Positions 27,746 to 41,693 of a stretch of DNA of 64,000 nt are shown here, one piece after another. Source of the stretch: Kudoa neothunni (lineage: Eukaryota > Animalia > Cnidaria); the NCBI GenBank assembly GCA_964304625.1, contig OZ199838.1, forward strand, positions 10,591,437-10,655,436, in the 5' to 3' direction. The notes under the pieces are model-generated. The model searched no databases. It was not told where the DNA came from and saw nothing but the letters and a program-made list of their open reading frames with translations. Position 1 is the stretch's first letter. The number at the start of each line of letters is the position of its first letter. The position numbers and the translations under genes are program-made.

Positions 27746-29039
27746 TTTTGTATATGTTCTAAGACGGCTGTTTCTTCATTCTTGATTAATAAAAAATTTT
27801 TCTGCTTAAATTTAAATACGCTTTTTTATAGTATGCATATCCACAAATGACGAATATAATATACCAACGTAAAACCGTAATCAGCTAGATAATGCAGGAA
27901 ACTTTTGTTCACAAGGTAGAACCCTGACCAGTTGATAAGTTGTAGGGTTTTATTTGGTCTCTCCTCCCCTTATCTTTCTGCAATTATACGAGAATTTAAC
28001 TCGATAAAATCTCTTCCTAAGGCAAGCATCAGCCCTATCCCTCGAACATCAAGAACGTTTAATATGTGGGCATGCGAAGTCTATTTTTATTCTCATATAT
28101 GTTCCCTGAAATTAATGTGCTTAGACCGACCCTCCTGAGTACGTCGAGCTGCAATTACAGACACATCACATATAATGAGTGTACAGCATAATCATATCTT
28201 CCATTACAAAATATGGACATAAGACACAGAAGCAATGTTTTGTAATTGCCCGGAATCGAACTCACAACCTCCGGGGTAGGCGTCCATTGGTTTTGTACCA
28301 TTGCAATCTGCCGATCGTCATATTTTCATTAATATTTTTGGGTGAACTCTCCAGTAAACCAATACTCAAATTTTTAGCGCTATTGTAATCTTTTTAAAAG
28401 TCATGTAGACAGATTAAATCATTCTTTGGGTCCATGGAACCATCTAAAGCTGACATTATTTCAATCGCATAAAAATTTCGAACGATTTCATCTACTGATA
28501 AATTATTTAATACGACGAGGGCTGTCTATTTAACCTCATAAATACTTTTTGTACTCATGAGATTCAATATTATCGTTAAAATTCTTTTTAGTCATTTTGA
28601 AATAACCTACCGTCAATAAACTGTAAATGGTCGATTATGCTTGTTACTAATACGGATGTTACATTCTCTGCAATAACTATAAAAATCGAAATTTAACTTG
28701 GGAAAATTTCCATAACAATATAGAGTAATGTATGATAAGTACATTTAATCAAAAATGGGGGTTTAATCTTAGTTTTAGTGTAATTTATAATTAATGTTTA
28801 TTGCACATTTACGTGACTTTTAATTTTTTAAGTTTACTTCTTATAAAATTCTTATTTGTTTAAAGGCGTAAGTATTTCTATCATAATAGAAAATATCAAT
28901 TAAATAAGATATGTTAATGTATTATGAATGAAAAATTAGGCAAATCAACAATAATTTTAACACAATATATTTACAAACAAACTTTAAAGAATAATACCTT
29001 CCTTGAGTATTATTAATTTTATTGGTACCAGAAGATGGC

Positions 29040-29720
29040 TGAAAGTATATAAAGATTAATCAGAGGAATAAACGATTAGAGGGAGAATTTACAAATGTGA
29101 ATGTTGAATCTGCAATTCAATGGTCAACAAATTCCTCATAAATAATGAAAGGTTACGATTACAAAAATGTTTTTAATAAAAATGAGACTTCATTCTATTA
29201 TCATCAGTTATAGAATCCTACTATAGTATTCGGGTTAAAAAAATTGTTTCATGTTATCAAGTACCAAAACTAGAATGACTTTCTCATTTGACGCTAGATA
29301 CGGAATGATGAGAAATCCTCAATTACAATAATAGATAAGCACAAGAATCCTTGCATTCTAAGTATAAGTTAAAAACTAGTTAATTTTTATCTAACTGATG
29401 ATAATCGTGGAAATTGTTCATTTTTTATGTGTTCCTAAAATATTTTAATTCAAAAATTTAGACAGAAAGGTACATTTGTTAGTTATTCTTGATAAATACG
29501 CTGTACTCCCTGAGGCGTTTCAAATATGGAATTTAACAAATAAAGCCACGAAATTTTGAAAATCACAATGAGATCCAATGTTTAAATTTTGGAAAATCGA
29601 TAATTACTTTTTAATTTATTCGCCAACCTATCTCCAATGAATATCCATTAAACATAGAATTATACCTCTATATTTAGGTCTTTTAAAATTGATTAAATCC
29701 ATAGAAAATAAAAACTTAAA
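29040..29720 (+). pseudogene. Highly decayed pogo/Tigger transposase fragment
   Basis: GEFTNVNVESAIQW...YDYKNVFNKNETSFYY and VILDK...P resemble the GE..DIFNxDETGLFY and LDNxxxHP motifs of DDE_1 transposases; many stops. Confidence 0.6.
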
Positions 29721-30272
29721 AATCGTCTACCTTAAAACTCAAAAACTGCAATACAATTCCGACAATCTATTTTTATTCGGATACACTTCTTTGTATGATT
29801 ATTGTTTATTATCATTTCTATTGTTCATCTTTATCTCAAGTCCCTAGGTGTGCGATCTGTTTTTTGATTGTATTTAGTTATTTAAATATCATTTTACGTC
29901 ATCGATAAATAGAGTTTAATAAAAATCCCAGAATGGCTCTCAATAGATTGCTCCAGAAAAAGTTAATTACTTCAAAGTTTAATTTGATAGATTATTGGAT
30001 TGTCAGCTCTATATAGGCATCGGTTTATAAAAATTAAGTGTTACATTCAATTTCAAATCTCATCCTAAAGTAGACAATTGACAAACATCCACGAAAGCAT
30101 CAGAACTCGTAATTTTCCTTTATTTTCCAAAAAATCGTATTTATTCTCATGATTAATTAGTTTTGGATGATAATGCATATTATATTAAAGTTTCCATGTT
30201 TTCTTTATTTTGTGCTAAAAGTTACAGGTCCTAAACAAATCTTGCACACTTTAGTAGTAGCTTTTATATTCA

Positions 30273-30757
30273 AGCCTGGAAAATATGGCACAATGGTGCT
30301 AGGTCGAGATCGCATACAATGAGGTTGCAAGTTCGAAGACTAATTCGGGCGTTCTTGTACTCCTGATTTGGAATTAACTAGGAAGGCTGTGGTAATCGCA
30401 AGGATCTACGATTTATCGTGGCCTTGTTTGCAGCTGGGAGGGGAGCCTCGCGGAAGGGTGGATCTAGGGTGCTTATAAATGCCGGGATACAGGAACGAAT
30501 TAAAACTCAGTAGATGGTTTCCGAGGAGACGACGCCTGCATCCAGACTAATTCTGGGTTAGTCCAGGGTATGGTTGGAGTGGTGACTGCTTCGGAACGAG
30601 GATGTTTAGTGGGTTAAAATCCCACATTATCGCATAAACGTAAGTCGCCTTAATATGACGTTGCGGTGTCTAAAGCGTAAATGGAGAAGGTCTAACCAGC
30701 CCGAAATTCACAACCTGACAAGTTGCACCAGGGGTTTTGGCCCTGTAAATAAAACAA
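30273..30757 (+). mobile_element. Putative tRNA-derived SINE, longer copy
   Basis: GC-rich island; A-box-like TGGCACAATGG (30286-30296) and B-box-like GTTCGAAGAC (30331-30340); A-rich tail; homologous to 42295-42606 at both ends; ACTTTAGTAGT is repeated on both flanks. Confidence 0.7.
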
Positions 30758-31139
30758 CTTTAGTAGTTTTAATGTAATACGATTTTTTAAAACAATTCTA
30801 CACTTCACCTCGATCTCTAAAAAGTCGTCATTCTTTGATATTATCACTTACACTGATTTGTAATGATATAGACATCGCCGGAGATTATATTTATAGCCGA
30901 ATGATTTAAAATTAATATTATTTAAATAATTAACCACAGCGCCCTTGAATTATTTAACCTATCCGTAAAAACCAAGCCCTTTTATTTCAGATATTAAACA
31001 TTAAAATTTTTCACATTATTTAAATAAAAAATACATATCAATATATTAAAACGTTACAACAGAGTTCATTTACAACACAAGTTACCGCTGAATTTGTACC
31101 TCTTAATTTATAAGAAAAATGAAACAATAAATTAGAGTA

Positions 31140-32213
31140 CAGTCAAACCCCGTTCACCGAAAATGTTGGAACCTGGCATTTCCCTTTCGGATACTGAAAT
31201 TCCGGTTAAACGATGTTTTAATAAATGCGCATGTGCAATCTGAAAAAATTGTAGGTTAGTTACATACTTTATTTTCCATTATTCAATGTTTATAAAAATT
31301 GTTTAAAGAAAACTCTATTATATATATATATATATAAAGTATAACTAGTGAATACAATGTGAAAACATTGATTTAAGGCACAGTAGTTCTAGATCCAACG
31401 TGATCGGCGCACGTATACTGACAATATGTATGACCTTAATGCCGCTGCGCCATATTAGAATGATACATTCTAGATTCTAAAAAAATGGACTATTATTATT
31501 ATTGATTTTTTTATGATTTCTTCCCTATTTGGATATTTTGGGTTATACTAATAATGATGGTAAGAATAATAAAGTAACAATGAGGAGTATTTTCCCAGAA
31601 TTCTCCATAACGATATTTAGAATTTCCTCATTAATCAAAATATGTCATATTCCAACAATTTAATATTGAATAATGACTGTTAAGATTCAATAAGACTTAA
31701 AAGTGAAAGTGTTATGGGAAAAACTGATGTGTGAACAACGTTGAATTGAGTGAATTGAGTGAATTTCGTGGATAAATTGGTCTTATGAAGTCACTGCCAG
31801 TTTGTGATTAAACAATCCAATAAATTTCATGTTTATATTTTATTACTCATGAAAAAATATAAGAGAGTTGATCTTTACCCAAAATTTATTTGTTCATCAT
31901 GAACATGATGAATTTTGAACATAAAATACTATATTATCTACGTTACGCTATTTCTATTAATCCAACATAAACTTAAATTGAATAAAAAACGAACGTATGT
32001 ATCAAAATAATAAGTGTAGGTGCCATTTTAACCAGGCACTAATTCGGACTTCAAGACAATTTTTCCGAAAATTCCAACAAAAAGTTGTTTCGGATTGCGG
32101 TTTCTGAAATTTCGGTTAAACGAAATATTTTTATTTATAATCTACATCATTTTCAGATAAATTTTAAAAAATCATTCGGATAGTGCAAATTTCGGATAAA
32201 CGGGGTTCGACCG
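31140..32213. mobile_element. pogo/Tigger-type MITE, copy 2 (opposite orientation to copy 1)
   Basis: TA|CAGTCAAACCCCGTT ... AACGGGGTTCGACCG|TA; subterminal CCGAAATTT-like repeats; homologous to 14473-15452. Confidence 0.88.
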
Positions 32214-32530
32214 TATTTAAAAAATATTGCAACTAAAATTATCTAAACCAAGACACGCAGATTAAAAAAATTTATCATTGCGAGACAACTATGTGAATAT
32301 ATTAATTTCATTTAAGTTAATAAAATACACAACACGACTATGCTATGGCAATAATCTAGTAAACCGGAGATATGCTTTAGACATGTTAAAAATAAAATAA
32401 TATCCGATCTCGAACGCTAACCACAGAATAAAATCTAAAAATTTATCTTACTATAAATAACCACTATATAAGACAACCGTCATAAAAGGAAGAATAGATT
32501 CGTTACTGCTGAGCGAAATATAAATAAATT

Positions 32531-35500
32531 TCAATTTCTTTTCTTCTTCTTTTTGTGTTTATTTATTTTTGAGGCAAGATGATTGTGGTTAGTGGTTACA
32601 GAAGAAACAATGTTGCTTGCATCAAAATTGGATCCAGCGTCAGCAGCACCTTGAGCTCCACGGACTAAATCAATGGAAATTAATAACCCACCTCCAAGCT
32701 AAAACTCATACATTGAAGTTGTTTTCGTCTTTTTTTGTCTGGTTTATAATTTAAGCGTTCGTACTTTGGCAACCATCTTTCTGGATCTAACTTCGATGGA
32801 TCAATCAAGTTAGTAGTCACCTTATGACGACGTTTTCTTGATGTTGATTTCTGTTTGGTAGAGGTGTTGCTTATTGTTGTTTGAGAGGTAGTAGATTCAA
32901 TGTATTTATTCATATCATTTTTGAGTATGTCAAAAATATAAGAAAGATCTTGATTTTCCATATTATCAAATGCGTTTAATACAGGTTTGTCGCTAGGACA
33001 AATGTTGTTAAGAAAGAAATCGACCACCAAATCCAAATGGTTATTGGCGGAGTTGTTTTCTCTTGCCAATTCATACAACGATAGAACTTTTCGAGCTGTC
33101 CCATCAAATCGATTTTGATTAACAATCAGGAACATCAATTCACAAATGACATATGTAACGATTTTTGGGTCATCAATACACATTTTTCCACAATTGGTTA
33201 GAGTTTCGATCGCCTCATCAATTAGACCAAGTTGAACTTGACGTTTGTAGGTGTACGCAACCTAAATTATTCAGGCGATTTTTAGTATCTGTAACGAGAT
33301 GGTCACCATCCACATATTTTGATGTATGGTGTAATAGTTACTAATGTTGGGGAGTAATAGAAAAATGGGAATTGTTTCAGCGCATCAATTTCCATGGAGA
33401 TATCGCCTAAAGTTTAATAGCAACTGGTATCAGCTGTTTCAACAATACCATTAGCTCGATAACAATTCGCCAATCTAATGTAGATATCCAAGTCAGCGAC
33501 TTTGTTTGTAATAAGGTGTTTCTATGCGGGGAAGTATTTCGAGGTGAATAGACCGTAAAATTATATACCTTAATATTATCGATGATGGACGTATGGTTAA
33601 CTTCTGATTGAGTATACACATCGGAGGTTTCAATCAGTAACAAAAGATTATTAAAATTAGATGCGGACGCTGAATCGGATTTGAGTTTGTTTAGAATAGT
33701 CGTAGCCTGAGTGGCCTAGATTTAACATTGAAAAGCTGGAGCACCATTCTGTAGTCATACGTGTGAATGCCTACTTTCAACCAGATATGAGTTGTAAAAC
33801 AAAAGCGCAGTTTGAAAGCGATTAAGCTTTTTTGTTTTTTCTTGTGACACCCGCACAGGTCTCAATGATCTGTTTGTCGATTTTGATGACAAAGTCTAAC
33901 GGACAATCAGCAAATAAATCTCCTTATAATTATAGTAACCTCAATTATTGATGATTGATTGTTATGAGTTATCATTTGTAAATTTGGTTCACAATTACTT
34001 ATCCGATGTTAAAATAAGTTTATTGAATTAATCAAAACTTACCACACAGGTTTAAGAGGTTCGCTTTCCAACAACTTTTTAGCTTGAAGATAGTTGCCGA
34101 GTTTCTGCTCAATGTAAGCCATCTGCACCCTAACATTTGTTCACCCAAACTATAATCTGATCAGCGTATATTACATAATCATCACAAGATCATTCTTTTC
34201 AAATTCTGTTAACATCTAAATAGACAGGACATTAATAAAATTTAAAAACCTTTTTTAAGTTACTTCGTTGTTTGTCAGCTTCATGAGACAATCTAAAGTA
34301 TGCTTTTAGATTTGAAAACCTCCTTAAAAATCACTCAACGATTTTTTGATGCATCCGAGGGCAGAAACCATATTTCCTTGTCCAATATAAAAACATGACT
34401 TGTTGAAATAGCTTTCGTAATTGTCTTCGAAGCTAGTGTTGTTGTCATCGTCTTTTAAATGTGAGGGCTGTAGTAGATTAGGATTCAGCGTACATGATAC
34501 AATTTAAAAAATATACATTTTCTGATGAATGTTGAGATAAGGAAGAAGCTAACGCAGCCTTTACAGCACAGATATTCGTAAAACGATCACTTTGATTTTC
34601 ATCCTTAAATTTCAAATTAAAAAGACCAAGTATGGTTGTGATTTTATTGATATAATTGAAATAATTATAAATGCATTAAAAAAATTAAGTCAGACACGCT
34701 TAAACTATAAATCAATTTTCCCAACTTTTTTTTTCAAATTCGGAGAAGCATACTATAAAATATCAATTATTTTAATAACAATGGTTACAAATTTTGAATT
34801 TTATTCAATATAACAGAAAAATTTATTAAAAACATTAAATTCATATGAATATTATAAAAAAACAAAACTCAATAAATTCGCATGTTTTTAATTTATTTAA
34901 ATCAGCTTAGTATTTAAAACAGTAATAATAGAATCTACTCCAAAGAATTTCTTCTTTGAGTAAGTTTTCGAGTTAACAATGTAAAATTGGAAGTTGAAAA
35001 ATTACATTTAGAAAGCTAAAAATCTTAAGAATAGAATTTGAATAATATTAACATTATATTTAATATCATATATAGAGCCGCATTTTCTTATCTTTTTCCA
35101 TTTTTATCTACTTACTGAGTAATAATGTGTATTATTCTATAAAAATATATGTAACTATTTATATAATTGAATAGTTATTCTTAAAATACTTAAATTAAAA
35201 AATGGTTAAGTTTTTCGAAATTAACTGAATCTAAAAAATATCGATTAAATCGGAAAATTTTTTCGTTACTTCATTAAATTTTAAAGGAAGTGGCTATTGA
35301 CATGAGTCATAATATCCAGGTATGTGTAATTATGACTGTATTTAATTATTTTGGACTCCTAAGGAGGTAGAGAAGAACCAAAAACAATTGAATACAGCAG
35401 AATCTAAAAATAATCCTTATAGATCAACTATAAATAGGAGATAACCCTTAACGGCTAACCATTGGTTTTGTGAGACCCCTTTCTATTATTTTGTTGTAAA

Positions 35501-38500
35501 ACCTGATATATTTTGTTTAATTTCGTCAAATCTTTAAATAACTTTATTATGTCGTTCGATAGATAATATTTTTTTAACAAAGTAATTAAAATTTTGGCAA
35601 ATTTGCACTAAATAATATAAAGGTGGATGCACGAATCCAATGATTAGCTGTTAAGGGTTAATATAGGGTTTCTCAACTGAACTCGGCACCATTTTAGTTC
35701 CAACAATAATTCATATTTAAACGTTTAAATCACTTGGATGTCACCATAAATTTAATTTTTAATAACGAATAATTAAAATAAACAAAAATATATATACATA
35801 TCTCGTAACTTACAATTATGATGACACTACTCTACACACTCGAAACATTGTGCTGTAAAATTAATGCTTTACAATTTAAAATAATTATTTTTCTTTCAAA
35901 CATATTTTTAAATATTATTATAAGATTAGAACGTATATCCATATTAAGTTTGCTATTAAATAGTGTTACTAAATTTCTGACGTAAATAAAAACAAGAAAC
36001 AACGAAACTTTAAATCCGATATTTATATATTTTTTATTCTAAGATAATTTCTCCACGAGATGACCTGGCAATGTATCCCCACATTTTGCGGTAGAATCCA
36101 TCGCATTGTTGTGGAGTAATTTCTTTAAAGCAATCTTTAATGGCCACTCTTAATTCATTTTCATTTTTGGATTGCCTACGGATGACCAGGTTCTTCCAAA
36201 CAGAGAAGATATTTTGTGTGGGATTAAGAAAATGATTATAAGGTGGTAAATACCTTACTTGGATATTTTTTCTAACAACCAAATCTTTTAATCCCGTGTA
36301 ATGATGGATTTTGGCATTATCCATTACGAAAATCGGTTGCTGCATACCTTTCGCTATACAAGAATTCTTAAGCTCTTCTAAACAAATCTTAAAGTCTTCC
36401 CTGTAACCGCCTTGTCGTGTATTTTGCTGTAAATTATTCCATTTTAATTTACAGCTGCGACAACAGAAATATTCATGCTTCTAGCGGCCGAAACGAATCA
36501 ATAGGCTGACGTTCCTTTTAACGATCTACCACCTCTTTTAGGTCGCGTCACAATAGAGAACCTTATTTCATCAAGGGAAACAATACTCTCATGAGTCACC
36601 GTCGTTTCCAGTTCCCTGAACATTTCTGCGTATTCCCTTCTTTTTTGAATGGTGGTTTCGCGGTTTCTTCTCTCTGGCACTCTCACTAAGTTTTTTACAA
36701 TATAGTGAAATTGTCCAATCACCCTGTCGATTGTACTAAGCGACACAACAATTCCAAAATCCTCATGGACTTTATTTTTTCTTTCTGTTCGGGAGAAAGA
36801 ACAGGTCGTCTATTTCCGCCTCTGGGTTTCGGTTCAAGAATTCTACTCATCCTGAATTTGGATAAAATAGACCATACTGTAGACCGAGGCAGACGCATCT
36901 CGGATACGATATAGGTATCACTCCTCCCCTTTTCAAAAAAGTTGAACATTTGCTCTCTCAGTTCAGATAATATTGTTTTCCGTTGAACTCGTTTCTTAGA
37001 CTCCGAAGTAATTAGAACTTCATTATCATCGGAAATAGAACAGTCCGATTCAATAAAATTGTTATTTCTCTCTTCTGGCTTCATTGCACTATGAAACTTC
37101 TTTGCGACAACACAATTACAGTAATCAATGAGTTCGGTCAGAAAACGTCACACGTGGTTGACAGAATTAGAGAATTCTGATGATAAGACCATTTTCTGAG
37201 ATACGAAAGAAACATATATCAGTTTACCATATTTTTAATGCGCTGCCTCGATCTTTTGATCGTATTTTTTATACGAGGTCTTTTGTTCCTGAGTCTAAGG
37301 TTGATATTATATTGGTTCTTTCTATGATATAATTTTCTTAAAAATAAATTTTAAAGTGGAATTATTATATGGTACCTATTAAAGGTTACAAAAAAATTTG
37401 TTGGGGAAATCGAATTAAACTAGTTTTTAACATGTAATATATTATGTGTTTTCCATTGGTATTTATTTTTTACGGGAATAACTAATAAACGTTTACTAAA
37501 AATATCATTAACATTTAAATATGAATTATTGTTGGAACCAAAATGGTGCCGCGTTCAATTGAGAAACCCTATAAGTTAAAAATGAGGGGCTCCCAACTGG
37601 GGGTACGAACTTTGGTCTCAGGTGGTGCGAGATCTGATCAAAATTGAAAATAACTTATGATACATTTTAAATCAGTTACACCTTATCGTATGAAAAAGGG
37701 TGCGAATTTCGTTTTGTCCAAAAATGGGGGACCCGAGCCCAATTTTAGTTGGGGGCGCTATTATAAATTGGCATTGCGCCTGCGCCGTTTCAATTTTGTA
37801 TTGAAAATTTCCGTGTCAATAGCCTGTATCATTTTTTTATGGGTAATTGTCGCGTAATAAAGTATTTCAACGCCAAATTGAAATCAATTTATCCAAAAAA
37901 GTAAAATAATTGACACGTACTCAAATGAGATTAAAAATTCCAATCATCTTGATGGTAATTTACCTTAAATATTATTCTTTGATTTAAAAAAATAAAAGGA
38001 ACCATTATATAATTTTATGAAGTTTGATTTTGCGCCCGTAAACTTGTAAATGTTATTAAATTAACTAAAACGAGCGTTTGTTTCATCTCTTAGGTAAATG
38101 TTCGAATTAACAACCATATAATAGAGCAGTGTTTCCCTACAAATTTTACACTCAAACCCACGTGTTAACTTCCGCACTCACTTCACACCCCCTCCTCCAT
38201 GTGTAAGTCAAGGCTCAATTTTACCTATTATTTCAATGCGAAAATAATAATACCAGTAAAAAATGTCTTAAAATTATACTTTTAATTGATTTTTTAACTT
38301 GATAATTTTCCTACATATTTCTAAAATGCATGAATTAAAAAAAATTTTGTTGATAAACTCAATTTGCTACGCACAAATGAAAAAGGATAAATATCATTTC
38401 CTACCTCGTGACTTAACACTCAACGATTGAAACTATTATTTATTCGTTTGAAAATACCATATCTATGTAAGGTAATAAATAATTATAATTCAAAAATGTT

Positions 38501-41500
38501 ATTTAATTATTTCAAAATAATAGAAACAATGAATTTAAATAAAAGTAAAAATTATAATCGTTTGGTTAAGTTCTGTACTTAAATGAGCAATTTGAATAAA
38601 CCAAATAAATATAAGCAACCTATATAGTTCACAAAAAAAACATCTTAAAAAAATGTTATTTTGAATTTAATTGATCTGACGACTTTCTCGCTCCTCACTC
38701 TCGCCGATTTTTGATAAGTAATTCAAAGTGCGACATTTTGTTGATTAATAAAACATGAAAATTGTTTTAGGGTTTCAAGGAATTCCGATACTTTTTATTT
38801 GAGTACAATAAAATCGAGAAGGCTGTTTCATATGCTATCTTGTGCTTGATAATCCTAGCGAATTCCTTATTCTATGTTGAGTCAGATTTTAATATAGACA
38901 TTGAGGCATTGAGGCAATGGGTTAAGAAAATTTTAGAAAATTCAAAACAGATGCCTACTAAATGTATCTCAATAAAACTAACTAATATATACTGTTAAAA
39001 TGAACATTAATTTATTTAAGTGTGTAAATGAATGCACTGATTTTCGTTGTACCAACATTCAAACGATAATTTAGCTATAATTCATATCGGAGGCAAGATA
39101 CAAATTCGAGCGTAAAACTTGAATGTTACATAATAAAAAATATACAATTAAATGATGATTTCAAATTTAGACAGACGACGAAGTTATAAAGACATCGTAG
39201 TTTTATTTTTAAGTAGATAAAAATGCCGACAACCTAATTACAGCATAAGCATAAAAATGTTACTTTAAAGACAACACAGTTACGATATTACAATAAAATA
39301 TCTAGTGCTAAACTTTGTACGCTGAATAGGCTTAATATAAACCATTACCTTACTGCACCATTTCGTAAGATCAAGTAAAAAAAAATTTTATATCCCGTTT
39401 TTTGAAAAGAAACTAATCGATAAAAACACTTAAAAATATTATTACATTCATTAAGTCATTATATGATTTAAACAGTGTGACTAAAAAAAATTACGCAATA
39501 AATAAATTACGATTAATTTTTTAATTAATTAGAGAATGGATCCCAATAAGTAATTTAATCACTAGGGTTGTATTAATAAATGGTATTAAGATTCCATATC
39601 ATTGAAATTATAATAAAAACATACAATACGTTTGTTTTTCGGGTTTTAATTTACAGTATATCCTCTGCTTGAACGAAAATTATGATTCGATATTGGCGCA
39701 TATATTGCTGCAAGTTGGACCGCTTCATTTGCGATTCGACGTTAAAACAGTGTATAACAAAACATTTGATATTAGTAAAATCATTTAGTAAGCATGTGAA
39801 ATTTAAATCAATGATTTAACAAGATATTATAAAGTTTTTAAGCTGGAACTAGAAAAGAAATTATTTTATGAAAGATTTAAATGTATCATGTGAAATGTCG
39901 TTGGAAAGAATTATTAATAAAACTATTCCGAATATATTCGAGCATTTAATACGTAAACTTTAGCAACTACTTTTATGCGCGCTAAGAATTTTCTGTTGGC
40001 ATTATTTTATCAACATAAATAATTGCGTTCAAATAAAAAACATGATAATAGAGATTAACACATGGCTAAGCGTTACTTGCGCTTCATTAATCCTATCTGG
40101 TAATACTTGGAAACTCCCCACGGCTCACCAAAATTTTCTGCAGACTCCATTTTTTTGATATTGCTATAAATCAGGGGTCGGAAACCTTTCGGAGTGAAGG
40201 GCCGAACAGACACACCCTAACTCTAAAGCGGGTCGTATTAAAATCAATCTACTAAAATGTTAAATTATTCTTAATTCGAATTTTGAGTTTAAAAACATAA
40301 ATAAGAATTTATAAAAGTCATTTAAACTATGAAATTAAGTCAAATCAAAAGTATTATATTCAAATAATTTTCACTTGCAATATAATCAACTCGCGTTAAA
40401 CTTGTGAATGAACGATTTATTGGATTAGGTCAAATAACACGAAATGTACATATACTCCCTATAAAAATATTTTCTACTTACATTAAAATAATTTTAACGT
40501 TATTTAGCAACCATATTTATTCGAGTTTTCTGATTAAATGAAAATGTACTTTAGTCGACTTAAATGTTGGCATCGACAATATATTAACATTCAGCAAAAC
40601 GATCTAAATAACAACTAAAAAACTATTTAGTTATTTTAGATACTATGAAAATTTTTTGTCAGTCAGTCAGTGCACCGCGGGTCGAATAGAAATAACTGAC
40701 GAGTCGTAGGTTGCCGATCCCTGCTATAAATCCTTGCTCAAAATTCCAATAAAGCCCCAAAACGAACGATAACTCGACGCTATCATGGTTCGCCTGGAAA
40801 AATTTAATCTTAAATGTCATATATGTTACTGCAACCATCATTATTAATCGCCTTTTTGTAGGTTATAATTATCGATTCTTTTCTAAAACGCGCAATAGTT
40901 AATTATACTCGAAATTAAGGATATTGGATTAATTTGGTTAGAGTCAATAGCCAATTACAAAAATCATATAGCAGACTATAAAAATGAGTATTTCGTTTCA
41001 TCTCTAGATAAAAATTCGTTGAGATATAACGGGAATCGATTTTAATTGGGGAAATATACAGGATATTTAAATTAAACTAAAACAAATTCCAATGAAATAG
41101 CTATCATTAGTCAAGCGTTTAAAACCATAAAATTCAAAATAAACATACCTCCGGATCAAAATTTAACGATGAGTAAATAGCCAACGATTTCTCATAATCA
41201 TCAAGGTTGTAATGCTATAATTTGTGCGTATTAGAATACAGGGAGCAAAATTAAAAATAAATACAATTTGTGCAAGGAGTTCATTAATTTTAGGGTCATT
41301 CTTATCTTTCTTATTGCTATTTATTACATCGAGTGCCTTTTTGAAATCATTCATACAGTAATAACAATATGCTTTTTCAAAAATCATCTCACTAATTCAT
41401 TAAAAACACTCCCATGTCATTTAAAACACAAAAAAGCTACTTCTTAGGAAGTGTTTCTAAGGTTGTGATTGCTTGTTTGAATGATCTGGTTTTGATGTAT

Positions 41501-41693
41501 GAAACAGCCAAAACTTTGCTCACATCATCCCCCTTGTACCCATTATCCAATACTAAATGGATTATCGATGAAATTTTCGTCAAAAAGGCAATTTATTTTT
41601 ACATTTTTGACAAAGAACCTGTATTCTACTTATATTGCCACTTTTAATGGTAATATCGAGTTTGTTCAAAAGACCTGTGACCTTGCTAGACAT
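32531..41693 (-). CDS. SRP72: Signal recognition particle subunit SRP72, multi-exon with a 6.5-kb intron (34604-41148)
   Basis: ATG at 41693; FEKAYCYY, ELLAQI|HY, DRFTNISAV; C-terminal SRP-RNA-binding motif LDPERWLPKYER, then GAQGA and a KHKKKKKRN* tail. Confidence 0.92.
35445..35657. mobile_element. piggyBac-type MITE, 213 bp
   Basis: TIRs CCCTTAACGGCTAACCATTGG and CCAATGATTAGCTGTTAAGGG, flanked by ATAA and TTAA. Confidence 0.75.
35664..37571 (-). mobile_element. IS630/Tc1-mariner-like transposon, frameshifted, inside the SRP72 intron
   Basis: ~62-bp TIRs starting TAGGGTTTCTCAA with TA flanks; ORF pieces 36719-37084 (HTH, RGGNR), 36498-36746 (LDE) and 36034-36345 (MDNAKIHH, LPPYNHFLNPTQ). 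Confidence 0.92.
37584..37760. mobile_element. Short hAT-type MITE
   Basis: Ends GAGGGGCTCCCAACT and AGTTGGGGGCGCTA; 8-bp flanks TTAAAAAT and TTATAAAT match at 7/8. Confidence 0.6.
40172..40723. mobile_element. hAT (Charlie-like) MITE, 552 bp
   Basis: TIRs CAGGGGTCGGAAACCT and AGGTTGCCGATCCCTG; perfect 8-bp TSD CTATAAAT. Confidence 0.9.

Noticed and set aside
960-28660. Repeated in-frame stops in coding-like fragments as evidence for an alternative genetic code
   Set aside because: Clathrin, V-ATPase B, SRP72, SDR and MND1 use TAA or TGA as normal terminators and show no internal stops in the exons I translated.
30560-30610. Resemblance of part of the SINE to the 5S rRNA internal control region
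   Set aside because: Only a short, gapped similarity with no rest of the 5S sequence; not called an rRNA.
37170-37215. CTGATGA...GAAA resembling a hammerhead ribozyme core
   Set aside because: No convincing stem II or flanking helices could be formed.
38128-39700. Isolated TIR-like starts (CAGTGTTTCCC at ~38128, TACAGTATATCCTC at ~39652; also TAGGGATGCCA at ~46825)
   Set aside because: No convincing partner end or TSD found, so elements could not be delimited.
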